Shown: positions 40,505 through 52,881 of the stretch, in pieces
Layout: every line of letters starts with the position of its first letter
Numbering within the stretch: the first letter of the stretch is position 1
Origin: Eledone cirrhosa
Taxonomy: Eukaryota
NCBI GenBank assembly: GCA_964016885.1
Contig: OZ024747.1
Coordinates: 50,158,001-50,222,000 of the forward strand
Direction of reading: 5' to 3'
DNA length: 64,000 bases
The notes under the pieces: model-generated
The model's database searches: none
The model's input: only the letters and a program-made list of their open reading frames with translations
Told to the model about the DNA's origin: nothing
Position numbers and translations under genes: made by a program

Positions 40505-40536
40505 AATATTTATATATATATATTTATATATATATT

Positions 40537-40573
<37 letters not shown>

Positions 40574-40596
40574 ATATATATGCATATATATATATT

Positions 40597-40666
<70 letters not shown>

Positions 40667-41315
40667 ATATATATATAATACATACATACTTACATACACA
40701 CACACACATACTGTTTTATATTCAACACACGATCTCCTATGAAATCAGTTGCCTTAACAAGTCCAACATCGGAATATTTCAAATATATTCTTGCTGAATT
40801 TGTTGGTCATAAAATATAGAATATATTAGTTTGTGTTAAGTATCTTAGTGATTCAGTACAATGCCTTCATTCTGGTGTTACATAATGGACCTCCGTCGGT
40901 CTCCTACGACGAGCGTTCAAGTTGTTTCATCAGAGATATTGAGCATGGTACAGTATGTGTGTGTGTGTGGCAAGGCCGGGTATTTGAATTACCTGTACAA
41001 TCCATCTTGTGTTCTAGTGTATATATGGCTGAGTGTTCCAAAGACAGGTGAACTCGTACATAATTCCTGGAAAGATTCAGCATGATACAGTGTGTGTGGG
41101 GTGGTGGTGGGGGTGGGGGTGGTGGGGGTGGTGGTGACAAGGACGGATCTCAGTATTACAGATTCAGTCTATTTGACAGGCTTCTAAACTGTATTTCACT
41201 GATAAAGGTTAGGTTTATCGGAGGTCAAAGGACACCTAAGATGAATCTGGAACCTCTGGGACTGGGACCATGTCACTGTTTATTCAGGATTGTGTTTAGG
41301 ATTACTTAATATAAT

Positions 41316-41509
41316 TGTTTCTACATTTGCTGGCACAAGGCCAGCAATTATCCCAGTGCGTTACTGGTACTTTATTTTATCGACCCCCCCCCCTCCCAGG
41401 ATGAAAGGTACACTTAACCTCAGCGGGATTTGAAGTCAGACCGTAAAGGGGCGTAATTCTATGTCCGCATGGTGTCCGACCTTCTATCGATATTGCCAAT
41501 CCATCGCCT
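41316..41509 (-). mobile_element. SINE family A, full length, 15-bp TSD
   Basis: attacttaatataat at 41301-41315 and 41510-41524. Confidence 0.92.
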
Positions 41510-42074
41510 ATTACTTAATATAATGGGAAATAACTATGGAATATTACTATGTTACTCTACGTGTTGCAGCCCATAGGCTGAGGCCATGCTGGGGCACCGC
41601 CATTAGTTGATTTTTGTTTTTAAATAACATATGAGCAGTCAATTTATTAAGTATACTAGAGTAACAGCAACAATCACTAACTACATGGCATAGAAATTAT
41701 AATTAGACTGGTGAGTGTAGAAATGTCGCAAATGTAAGTAGAAGATGTGAGTTCGAATCTAGGAATGGGAAACCTGGATAAAATGCATGCAAAATTGTTA
41801 TCTCTAAATCGTGTGATGGATTAAAACATATAACCCAACATCTAGAACAATGGTGTTATTTTTCAGAAATATTACTGAGCCGTTCTAATTGATTGTAATA
41901 AGAAGAAATCGAAATGGGCTTATGTATTTTTATCTTTGCACATATATGATCGGTGTACCTAATGAGTCGATATAGTGATGATGATGGTCTCTCTCTCTCT
42001 CTCTCGTTCTCTCTCTCTCTCTCTTTTTGCATGTATGTATGTATGTATATATATATATATATATATATATACAA

Positions 42075-42615
<541 letters not shown>

Positions 42616-42758
42616 TGGCCAATCAGTTGACGGTATTTTGATGACGCATAGGGATTTCAGTTACTACTGTACTACTGTGTCGCCAGTCGCTTTTACTGCC
42701 ATAGACAATATGGACTGAAATCGAATGCGGTCGATAGATTGGTTATTGATTAGGCGAC

Positions 42759-42871
42759 ACCCGCTGATGCAGTGACATACACCGATTGTGCATTATTGCA
42801 TAATAAATGCAGTCAGTGGACGCTGTACACCCTCTTGCTGCATTAAGTGTGACCGAAACTCGAGTACGGGT
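42759..42871 (+). ncRNA. Type I hammerhead with long stem II, core point mutation
   Basis: acccg-CTGATGc-(about 85 nt ending gtgtgacc)-GAAA-ctcgag-TA-cgggt; perfect stem I, palindromic stem III. Confidence 0.65.
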
Positions 42872-43019
42872 ATACATTTATGTTACCCCTTTACATGTGT
42901 TGTATCGAGGCAAATAACTTTGTGTCTACTCTGAGATTTATACATAACTTTACCTATTGAGTACGCTGAGATGCAACCGGTTCTAACAGAGAAAGTTCAT
43001 GCTAGTCTCGTCAACCTCT

Positions 43020-43082
<63 letters not shown>

Positions 43083-43111
43083 AAAGAATAGAGGTGTAAC
43101 ACACAAGTTAT

Positions 43112-43521
43112 TATATATTGGTAAACGGAATAGAAAATGCTGACAAATTGTTCACAGTTGAAAAATGGTTTAATTAGGAATAAAAGAGTATTAGCGATTG
43201 TATGGGTTAGTATTCAGTTGTGGTTTTAAGTTTTTAATTTTTTTACCGGTTGCGCATTTCTAAATGCTTTTCAAAAATAATTTTGAGATAGAGTGTCCGT
43301 GCTGTTTGCTCTGATCAGAGCAAACAGATCAGAGCAAACAGCACGGACACTCTATCTCAAAATTATTTTTGAAAAGCATTTAGAAATGCGCAACCGGTAA
43401 AAAAATTAAAAACTTAAAACCACAACTGAATACTAACCCATACAATCGCTAATACTCTTTTATTCCTAATTAAACCATTTTTCAACTGTGAACAATTTGT
43501 CAGCATTTTCTATTCCGTTTA

Positions 43522-43531
<10 letters not shown>
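43112..43531. repeat. Near-perfect palindrome, about 205-bp arms
   Basis: 43112-43316 vs 43327-43531; centre duplicates gatcagagcaaaca; 32-bp unpaired tail; (TA)n on both sides. Confidence 0.95.
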
Positions 43532-43596
<65 letters not shown>

Positions 43597-43759
43597 TTGA
43601 CTATGTGCTGGTTGGTTATCGACACTTCAGTATGCAGAGTAAAGCACTCAACAAGGGTCAGGGCATATCAAAGAACCGAAATAACGGAGGTAAACTTTGT
43701 TCCATCATTGCTTTTCTGTTTTTTCTATTGAAGTTTTAACTGTCTGATGAGTTTATCTC

Positions 43760-44330
43760 TCTAGACGCTAAACACTCCGCCAGTTGCAGACTGCACATCA
43801 ACATGAGATATTTTTTCTCCACAAAGTTCGATCACCAACAGCAGAGTTTAAAGAGTAAAGGTCAAATCTAGTCCATAAGTTGACATTATCAAGCCATCGT
43901 TTTGGCTGCCGACCTCTGCTTCTCTTACCAGCCTACTTTCCTTCTAGGCATAACCTACTCACACCACGAGTTAATCTTTTGATATGACCGTACAGTTTAA
44001 GCACTCTTGACCTTACAACCGATGTGATTGGTCTCAGCCTGGGGATGTTGAGTAACTCACTGGTACAGATACGATCGCTGAGCCGCTTGACAGTCATAAG
44101 TCTCGTGATGTGGTTCTAGAATGTAGAGAGCTTCTGAAGTGACCTAGTCGTCCAATTAACACAATCAAGACCATATAATACAACTAGTAGAATGTAAGTA
44201 TCGAAGATCTTAGTCTTCAAATAGACAGACAACAGTTGATCCTATAGACACCCAGCAGAGCCATGACAAGGTAAACAGTAGACCTGAGACTGACCCGAGT
44301 AATACCAACTGACCCAGCGACCCTGTCCAA
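43760..44330 (-). mobile_element. RTE-like LINE C-terminal fragment
   Basis: Minus strand LKLYGHIKR, LEGKVG, RSRGRQPKRWLDNV. Confidence 0.6.
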
Positions 44331-44399
44331 GTCACAGGGATGGATCGCTCCAACCTACCCACTGGGCACCCCACAGTAAATATTCAGGGGCTGATCACT

Positions 44400-44850
44400 T
44401 CATGCAACTGCAGAAACCCCGTCTTATGCCCCCTTAGAAATGAATGCCTGGTGAAGAACATAGTTTATCGATGCAGGGTTACAATCCCCAACTCGGAGCA
44501 TATATACATATGAGCAACATCAACGAGCTTCAAGGACAGATGGTATAATCACTGCCATTCCTTTAATAGGATCGACAGATGGTATAATCACTGCCATTCC
44601 TTTAATAGGATCGACAGATGGTATAATCACTGCCATTCCTTTAATAGGATCGACAAAAGTACGTCCCTTTCCGAACTGATCCGGAGGTTCAAGCTGGACA
44701 AGACCCCGTACTCTTTGGTTTGGTCCAAAGTTAGGGAGGTACCTCCAGACGGTTTGGTATTTGCAGCCTCTGTTTGAGTGAAAAACTCGAGATACTCAAT
44801 GGTGGAATAAATGTAATCAATCGCAAGACAGATTACTTTGGTGCATGTCA
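44400..44850 (+). mobile_element. PLE GIY-YIG endonuclease fragment (Naiad-like), degenerate
   Basis: CNCRNPVLCPLRNECLVKNIVYRC..YI*ATSTSFKDRWYNH..STSLS..CSLCLSEK..CQH. Confidence 0.8.
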
Positions 44851-45049
44851 ACACCTAAGGACGGGGACTTTCCTCAAGCTATATGGATAGCAACCCCACC
44901 AGACTGAGTCCCAGAGACACCAACCCTGCCCACTTACCTCTCTCCTCTCCTCTCTTCTTGTCTCGATTAGCATCTAAAACACCACAGAGCCGCACTTACT
45001 TAGCAGTTAGGCCCATGCCCTACGTCGCAGGGGTTTTTAAAACATTAAA

Positions 45050-48000
45050 AACTTCGTGTTTGTCAGAAGGGCCAACGATAAATTGATGGCCCTCTTAGCA
45101 CGAAGCGAGGACATTCAAACAGAGGGGGAGATCTTTGAATTGAGCACATTTTACGTGCCAGAAGATTTGTTTCTGGTGCGAACGTCGCTCGATTCCTACA
45201 AAAAAGTTCGAGAGAGCTTTCCTCAGGACGTGGGAACCCCGAACGTGAAACCCATATCGAGAATTTTAAAGAGGTTTCCAAAAGAAACTCCACCAACCAT
45301 GGCGGTCGAATCACCCGACCTTCACAAGACCGCGGCAGGTAAGTAAACCTTCCCTTTCTCTTTTAGCTTGACCTTGCCAACATGACCATATTAAGAGTAG
45401 GAAGTAGAAATGTTCATGGCCTGGGGTCAGCCTGGAGTCAGCCTGGGGTCAGCCTGGAGTCAGCCTGGAGGCAGGGTCGCCTGCTCAATGACCTCAGGTC
45501 TCTGGAAATGGATGTGATTGCCGCCAGCGAGACCATGATTTCCGACACGCGTGCACTAGCCCCCGTTTTCGAGAACAATCAGATCTTCGCATCTGTTAGC
45601 AAGCCGGGAATGGGAGGTGGGGTGGCAGTACTGGTTAGGAAAGGCCTGGATCTCGAGGTAAGGTCAATCTTCCGGAACCCGGACGGTAAGTTGGTGGTCC
45701 TGGACGAGAACAATAGCGAAGGTGGTGCCTTCAGACTGGTGGCCGTCTACGCCCCTGCTGGGGTCGGACGACCGGACTTCTTTAGGCGCCTGGAAGCCTT
45801 TCTGAGTACGTCCTGCCCTTTACTGTTAGCGGGGGACTGGAACGGCATCTTAAACGCACGCTGGGGTTGTGTGGGAGTATCAGAGAGGAGCGGGGGTGCT
45901 AAAGTCTCAAGCACCTAATCAGCCGTTTCCAACTGTCTGGCAGGTACCGACTGGATTTTCCCAATCCGCCAGTGTAGACGTGGACCAACCGCATAGGGGC
46001 ATCTAGATCGTATATAGACAGGATTTTCATTAGGAAAATAGTTAGAAATAATGTAGGCTGTCCCCTTTTTAAAACGGTTGCCTATTCAGATAATAAATTT
46101 GTGATCTGTATGGTCGACCTAGATAAAGCGCGTAGGTTAGGACCTGGTTACTGGAAGCTGAACATGCCCTTTCCGGCACGTAAGGCTTACAGGGACCGGG
46201 TCAACAATTTAGTTAAGCAAAAGTTGACGAGGGGATCGTCAACAACAGATGGTAGGGGGGCTCTCAAAAGAGAGATTAGAGGAACTTCGATAGGGTTTAG
46301 CAAACAAGTAGCGTTAGAGAAAAATAGAAAGGAGGAGGAACTGGTAGATAAGTTAGACAAGGCTATTTGTAGTGGCATTGCAACTGACGTGCTAGCGGCG
46401 AGAATGGCATTAGACCATTTATTCAATGCGAAACACGAAGGTTGCAGTGTCAGAGCTAAGGCGCGTGCGCTGAGAAACGAGGGAACCAAAGCTGTTCGAT
46501 GGGCCCGCGTGGCGGAAGCGCAGCGTGGTAATAAAACAACAATTCGGTCTTTGGCGGACCGAGACGGACATGAGCTGAGCGATTCCAAGCGGATGTGTGA
46601 GGCCTTTCGCCAGTATTTTGCTCGGTTGTTCGGGGAAAGTGGCGGGTCAGAGACGGTGGCGGACTTCAGTACCTACCTCGATGGCTTACCGAAACTCTCG
46701 ACGGCTGACGCTGAGCGCTGCGAAAGGCCGATAGCTTCAGCCGAAATTCAGGATGCCCTTGTCGGCTGCATGAGGCGCAAGTCACCCGGTTTGGATGGTC
46801 TGCCCTACGAACTTTACGTAAATATGCCAGACTTGTTCTCCGGTCTCCTCGAAGCGCTCTACTGCAACTGGCAGCAGAATGGGAGTACTCCCAGTTCTGT
46901 GAGCCGGGGCGTAGTGACGCTGATAAGGAAAGACGAGAACAAGAGGGACACATTAGATAATTTTAGGCCCATAACTCTGTTCAACACAGAGTTTAAGATT
47001 TTGGTCAAGGTATTAGTGAAGAGGTTGGTGCTTGTCGTCGAGGATTTGGTTGGGGAGGCGCAAACTTGCGCAATCCAGACCAGGTCCATACACGACAACC
47101 TCCATCTCATGCGATACATCATAGAGAGAGCAGGGCGTAAACCTGGCTTCGGAGGCGTTTTGATCAATTTAGATCAATCGAAAGCATTCGATAGGGTCGA
47201 CCATCGGTACCTGGAGGCTGTCCTCAAGGCAGGTGGCTTCGGCCCCGTCTTCAGAAGCTGGATCGCTGCAACGCTTAGAGGCATCTGCTTGGTGGTCAAA
47301 GTTAATGGTCACCTCTCGGAACCGTTTTAGATCGCCCGATCGGTCCGCCAAGAATGCCCTCTCTCCTCCCTTCTGTACGTATTGACTCTCGTGCCTTTAC
47401 TGTGGAAGCTGGAGATGTTGCAGGGCATCCTGCTCGAACCGGGACGCAGAAAGGCTGTGTCGGCTTATGCGGACGACATCACCGTGATGGTGTCGGACAC
47501 CTCGGAAATTGAGGTGGTCGTCAACTTATTGGAGGAATATGAAAGGTTGACGGGAGCGAAACTTAACCCGGAAAAGTCGGTGGGCTTGCAGCTCGGACCT
47601 GGAGAGGAAAGTCCGTGCCGTCCAAAAGCGCCGTTGGGCGCTGGACGGACGGACCGGTAAAGTTGCTCGGGGTCTGGTTCGGTCTGAACCTCCAGATGGA
47701 GAAAAGCTGGAGCGAGGTGACGAGCATGGTGGCCTCTCTCACCCAGAAATAGGCTGAGAGGAGGCTGTCTCTGAAAGGTCGGGCGGAGGTGGCGAATGCG
47801 TACATTGAGTCCGTCACCTGCTACCGCCTGACCGTCGTACCTTGCCCAAATCTGACCAAAATGGAGCGCCTTCTCTTCCTATTTTTGTAGAAGGGACGTG
47901 CTCTCATGGTCAGACGATCCATCTGCTGTCAGTACCCGTTGCGTGGAGGAGTGGGCATGTCCTGGCTGATGATGCTCAAACATGTGCTGAGGCTAAGACA

Positions 48001-49076
48001 TCCTTATTGTTTCCTTGACGGTGAACAGGTGTGGTCGCCGTTTGCTAGACACGCTTTTCCCCAGCTCGTCTCCTTGACGGAGCTGCAGTCCTGGATCAGG
48101 AAAAGACCGAGGGATAGTGCTTGGAAGCTGGAATGTCTCTAACCGCTCACCACCCTCTACCATCTGGGCACTGATACCGGTGGAACATCCACCTCGGCGT
48201 TCTATAGAGGGCTAGTGGAGGGGAAGAGCGACGACGTTCTCGGGGAGACCCTGGGCGTCGAAGACGATCAGCTGTTCGCTCTCTTCGAGAGAACTTTCAG
48301 CCCGGGGCCTATGGACAACTTACAGAAATCCCTGGCCTGGCAGTGCTACCGGAGAGCGTTGCCGGTTCGGGATAAGCTCTACAGGCACGGAGGTGCTGTC
48401 AGCCGAGCCTGTTCGAGATGCGTGCAGGGCGACGAAACTGTCCTGCACGCACTCGTTAAGTGCCCGAGGATTGCTGACTTGTAGGACTATGTCAAACATT
48501 TGCTATCACGTGTAGGACGGATCCGGTTATCGACTGAGTACATTGTGCAGATATCCCCGCCACCCTCCTTTAAAGAGGAGGAAGGGCGGGCAGTTTTCAT
48601 CTGCCTGGTAGCCATGGCAAAAGAGATTGTATGGTGGACAAGGTTGAAAGGGTTGAAGACGGACACTTTCCTCTCCGGCCAATCCTTGATTAACCTTTTC
48701 AAGTTTCACTTGAAGAGGAAAATCAGGGTGGAGAGACAAGTGCTGTCTTCTAGTAAGTTTGTTGAAAGGTGCGTGAAAGTGGCGAGTCTGGTCCGAGTGA
48801 ACGGGCCCGCTCTGAGTATGTGCCTGTAGACTGAGGAGTGGAAAACTGAGAGAGGGCAATTGCCCTGGTGGTCAGGGTGGCCGTGGTCTTTTGTGTGGTT
48901 TTCGCCACGAGTGACCCTTGGAAGTTTCCACCCTATTGAAGAATTATTTTGATATGTCTATCTTCTTGTTATAACATTTTTTCACGGCCAAAACCCACTT
49001 TGTATCGTCCTGTACCGTTCTGTGCCGTCTGTAATGTTTTTCTTCATGTTAGCCCTTGTGGCCAATAAAGAAACCT
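45050..49076 (+). mobile_element. L1/Tx1-like LINE: ORF1 end, complete but disrupted ORF2, 3'UTR
   Basis: APE from 45382; RT motifs in 46101-47660; C-terminal CSRC..ETVLHALVKC zinc motif; ends cccttgtggccaataaagaaa plus (ATT)n. Confidence 0.93.
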
Positions 49077-49099
49077 TTATTATTATTATTATTGGTTAT

Positions 49100-49200
49100 C
49101 CCGCCGAGGTTAACTTTGCCTTTCATCCATACGGGGTCGATAAAATAAAGTACCAGTAATGTACTGGGTAATTGCTGGCCTTGTGCCAAAAGTAGAAACA
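49100..49200 (+). mobile_element. SINE family A, 5'-truncated, 12-bp TSD, inserted in the LINE tail
   Basis: attattggttat at 49088-49099 and 49201-49212. Confidence 0.92.
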
Positions 49201-49214
49201 ATTATTGGTTATTG

Positions 49215-50085
49215 GTGAGATCGGACGTTATTTACCTGTCATAAATCATTTATTATAAATTTTTGTTGTCGTGAAAGGGATACAAGCCCTTGGACTGTGA
49301 AGGGGAAACTATAATATTTGGGTCTTTTCGCCCAAATATTTGAATTATGTTTAAAAGAAAATATAATTTTTTTCGAAAAAAATCAAAACAAAACATAGCG
49401 GAGCCACGCCCCCAACTTCGTTTGACAGCGATTTAAACGTTGAGGCGAATAAAGCTGCCCCCCACCGCAACAGATATGAACACCAACACCACATTAGGCA
49501 GTATCGCCAACAGCAGCACCACCAACAAGAACAGCAGCAACAACGACAACAACACCAACAACACTGACAACACAAATATGGAGGAAAATGACAACACCAA
49601 TAATAGCAGAACAAAGACTACAGCAACAACACCAACAAGAGCAACGACAACAGCAACAACATCAACAACAACAACATTAAGAACATTACCAACAACAAGA
49701 ACATTTTCGCTGCCCCCCCCCCCCCCCCCCCCCCCCTCAGTACATTTGCTGAAAGGTGGGTGAATGTGGCGAGAATGGCCCGTGTGAGTGGACCTAATCT
49801 GATCATGCCCCAGTAGGCTGGTGAATTTGAGGAGGAGAGGAGTGCCCTTCCCTGGTGTCCTCGAAGCGTAGAGTGGTTCAGGTTTGGTGGGGCACCTGAA
49901 TCAACTCTAGGTGGTTATCTCACCTATTGCGGAATTTTTCATTGTCGTATTTTTCTTGTTTATTGTTATTGTTTTCCTATTTTTTTTTACTCGATTTTGT
50001 GTAAAACCTCCACTGTCCCCGTCTATTGTATTGTCCCCTATATGTCGACCCTTGTGGCCAATAAATGAAACCATTGTTGTTGTTC
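49215..50085 (+). mobile_element. Internally deleted Tx1-like element
   Basis: 5' part resembles 36515-36860; poly-C junction at 49713-49737; 3' part matches the ORF2 end and 3'UTR; (TTG)n tail. Confidence 0.6.
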
Positions 50086-50950
50086 TTTTAAATTGAGTCT
50101 GGCAAACCCTATTGTTCATAGTTAGTATTTTTTTCACCCTAGCGAATCTGGTCCCTTACGATTTGAACACACATATGTATATATCTGTGTTTATCTCTCT
50201 TTTATATATATATATATATATATCATTCTGTTATTTTGCCCGAGAAAATATCTGTGTGTGTCATCAAATGTTGTACACACATAGATATTTTTTCAATTTC
50301 CAATTGAGTTCTTAGCACGTAGCCTGAATTCCTTTCAGAGTTCATTGTCACGCGCATGTATTGTTTTTTTTGGCGGTAATTCGCTTCCTCATTTTTTGAA
50401 TCAGTTCGAGCACTTCATTCAGAACTGCTGGACTGGCAACCTGACAGATACCTCAGGCACAGAAAGTGATTATCGCTAAATGCTGATGTTGGTTAGATTA
50501 TCAATATTAGTATTATTGGGGCACCCACTGATGAATTATAGGAGCCCACTTGAATATATATATATTGATGGTATACAAGCTCCTACATAAATTGGTATAA
50601 TTTCACCCAAATTGTAGGAGTCCTATAATGAAACGAGACGTCCGCCTGGGAAGAGATATATTAGATATGTCTCATTTGAAATAATGCAGCCAATTTTCCA
50701 CGCAATACTTTTAGTTAGCACCCCGAACACATAATTGGGAATATAATCACTTATTTCCTAATGTTTGTTGAGTGAGTTGGAATTTGGCCGGAGTATCGCT
50801 AAAAAGCTTTCTCCGATATTGTATTTATATATATATATATATGAATGTATATATATAGTATATTTGGCAATATACTGTATGCTTAATTAAAAAACATTTT
50901 GAAGACCTTACGCTATTGTTTTAAAGTAGTGACTATGTCACTTACTTCTT

Positions 50951-51043
50951 TTTTCAACAAACAAAGGGAGATAAGCTGATAGATCTCTGTTTCATACTGT
51001 TGGTAATCATCAGAGCTTAGCACTCGCCTTTGTCTGTTGAAAA
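50951..51043 (-). ncRNA. Type I hammerhead with extended stem I
   Basis: Minus strand agct-CTGATGA-ttac(caaca)gtat-GAAA-cagagatcta-TC-agct; stem I extends through ttttcaacagacaaagg / cctttgtttgttgaaaa. Confidence 0.75.
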
Positions 51044-51119
51044 TTATAAATGTTGGATTCTTATAGAATTCCAGTAATATATATATATCACAGAAAAAAA
51101 GAGAATCAGGAATTTATTG

Positions 51120-51215
51120 GACATATTACAATCGTTTCTCTGGCGACCAGCTCGAGGCACGATCGATGTGATGATCGTACCTCACTCTGAAAATCGCAAG
51201 GTCCTCAGATACGTC
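51120..51215 (-). ncRNA. Type I hammerhead with long stem II
   Basis: gacgtat-CTGAGGA-(about 63 nt with gaggtacgat/atcgtgcctc hairpin)-GAAA-cgattg-TA-atatgtc. Confidence 0.75.
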
Positions 51216-51314
51216 TTGATTCTACGAAGCAGCTGTGATATCATACTCTGCTCTATGAGAGCATCGAGTGCTAATACGGCCTACCGCATACGGACACTTT
51301 AAGCATCCAACACC

Positions 51315-51351
<37 letters not shown>

Positions 51352-51590
51352 CATAGAACTCAATTTACTACTAATTCACTACTAATTTTGAATAAAATTC
51401 TCATTGCTTTTGACAACAGCTGGTGATATACATGTAAGTAAATATTTTCCTTATCTGATATTTTGTAACTAACCTTACATAGATCGATAACGAAGTATGG
51501 TTACGATATATTATCATCACCTAGAAACGATCGTAAAGCAGTGAAGTATATTTCTAATGACTTGAATTTTTATTTCATTGTTTTAACTTA

Positions 51591-51629
<39 letters not shown>

Positions 51630-51632
<3 letters not shown>

Positions 51633-51808
51633 GAAGGAAATGTGGTAAGGAACCAGATGGACCATAACGCACCAAAGTACTCAATACTTAGGGTAGTAGA
51701 GTGGGTAATAGGAACGAGTAGGACCCCGACGGCTGAGCTCAAGCCGTTTAGTCCAGAATTAGCCGTCGAAACGGCTTGAGCTCAGCTGTCGGGGTCCTAC
51801 TCGTTCCT
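51630..51808. repeat. PLE-like terminal repeat with fold-back (same family as 12452-12628)
   Basis: Near-identical to 12452-12628 with a different centre junction. Confidence 0.88.
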
Positions 51809-51831
51809 ATATATATATATATATATATATA

Positions 51832-51947
51832 TTTCGTTTCTGAATTTGTTTAGCAAGATTCTTTATCTGAAATCGTGTGTTGAAACCGATATTGTTATAC
51901 TTTGGGAGGGTGTGTTTCTTATTGGCAACATGACCCTCCCAAAGTAT

Positions 51948-51955
<8 letters not shown>
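51832..51955. repeat. Repeat with fold-back (family of 17805-18143)
   Basis: atattgttatactttgggagggt / accctcccaaagtataacaatat. Confidence 0.85.
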
Positions 51956-52026
<71 letters not shown>

Positions 52027-52631
52027 ATATATACAAACATATATATATTGGTTGCATCTTTTTAAATCCTGTATTTTTTCGCTCATTAATTGGTGGTGCT
52101 GCTGCTGCTGCTCTATGTTTTAGTTGTATATTTCTGTAAATATATATTTCTTGTATTTTTAGGAATTTGTATTATCATTCCATGTGTGTGTGTGTGTGGC
52201 AGTATCTGTGTGTGTGTCTGTGTGTCTGTTTGTATGTGTGTCTGTGTGTGTGTGTGTGTCTTTATTATGTGTATTCAAACTCGATGCAATCTAGCGAAAT
52301 GTGGCTCAAATATCATACAAAATCTGGCCTCTGAAAACCTGACTATAAATATTTATGAACTATATATATATATATATAAACACACACACATATATTTATT
52401 TATATATAAACAGATACACACACACATACATACTCTATACTATACACACCATACTCGATACTCGATACGCTATACTCTATACTATATTACTATATACTCC
52501 ATACTATATATATATATAACATTCCAGAAGACATACACCATAACGTGTGTGATATGGGTTGAAGAAAACATCATTAATTTATGTGTAATCAAACGTAATC
52601 TACGTTAACGATATATGTATCAAATATATAT

Positions 52632-52681
<50 letters not shown>

Positions 52682-52758
52682 TCCCTAAAATCATGACTAT
52701 AAATATTTATGGACTTTTAGATTTAAGTTCACATACGAAAAAGTGGATAATAAGCATT

Positions 52759-52792
<34 letters not shown>

Positions 52793-52816
52793 ACAATGTG
52801 TGTGTGTGTGTGTGTC

Positions 52817-52861
<45 letters not shown>

Positions 52862-52881
52862 AATAATAATAATAATAATAA

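Noticed and set aside
44511-44513. In-frame TGA in the Naiad-like endonuclease as selenocysteine
   Set aside because: It replaces the Gly of YIG (GGA>TGA), not a Cys; the cysteines here and in the 59918 ORF are TGY, so there is no sign of the Sec recoding reported for some Naiads.
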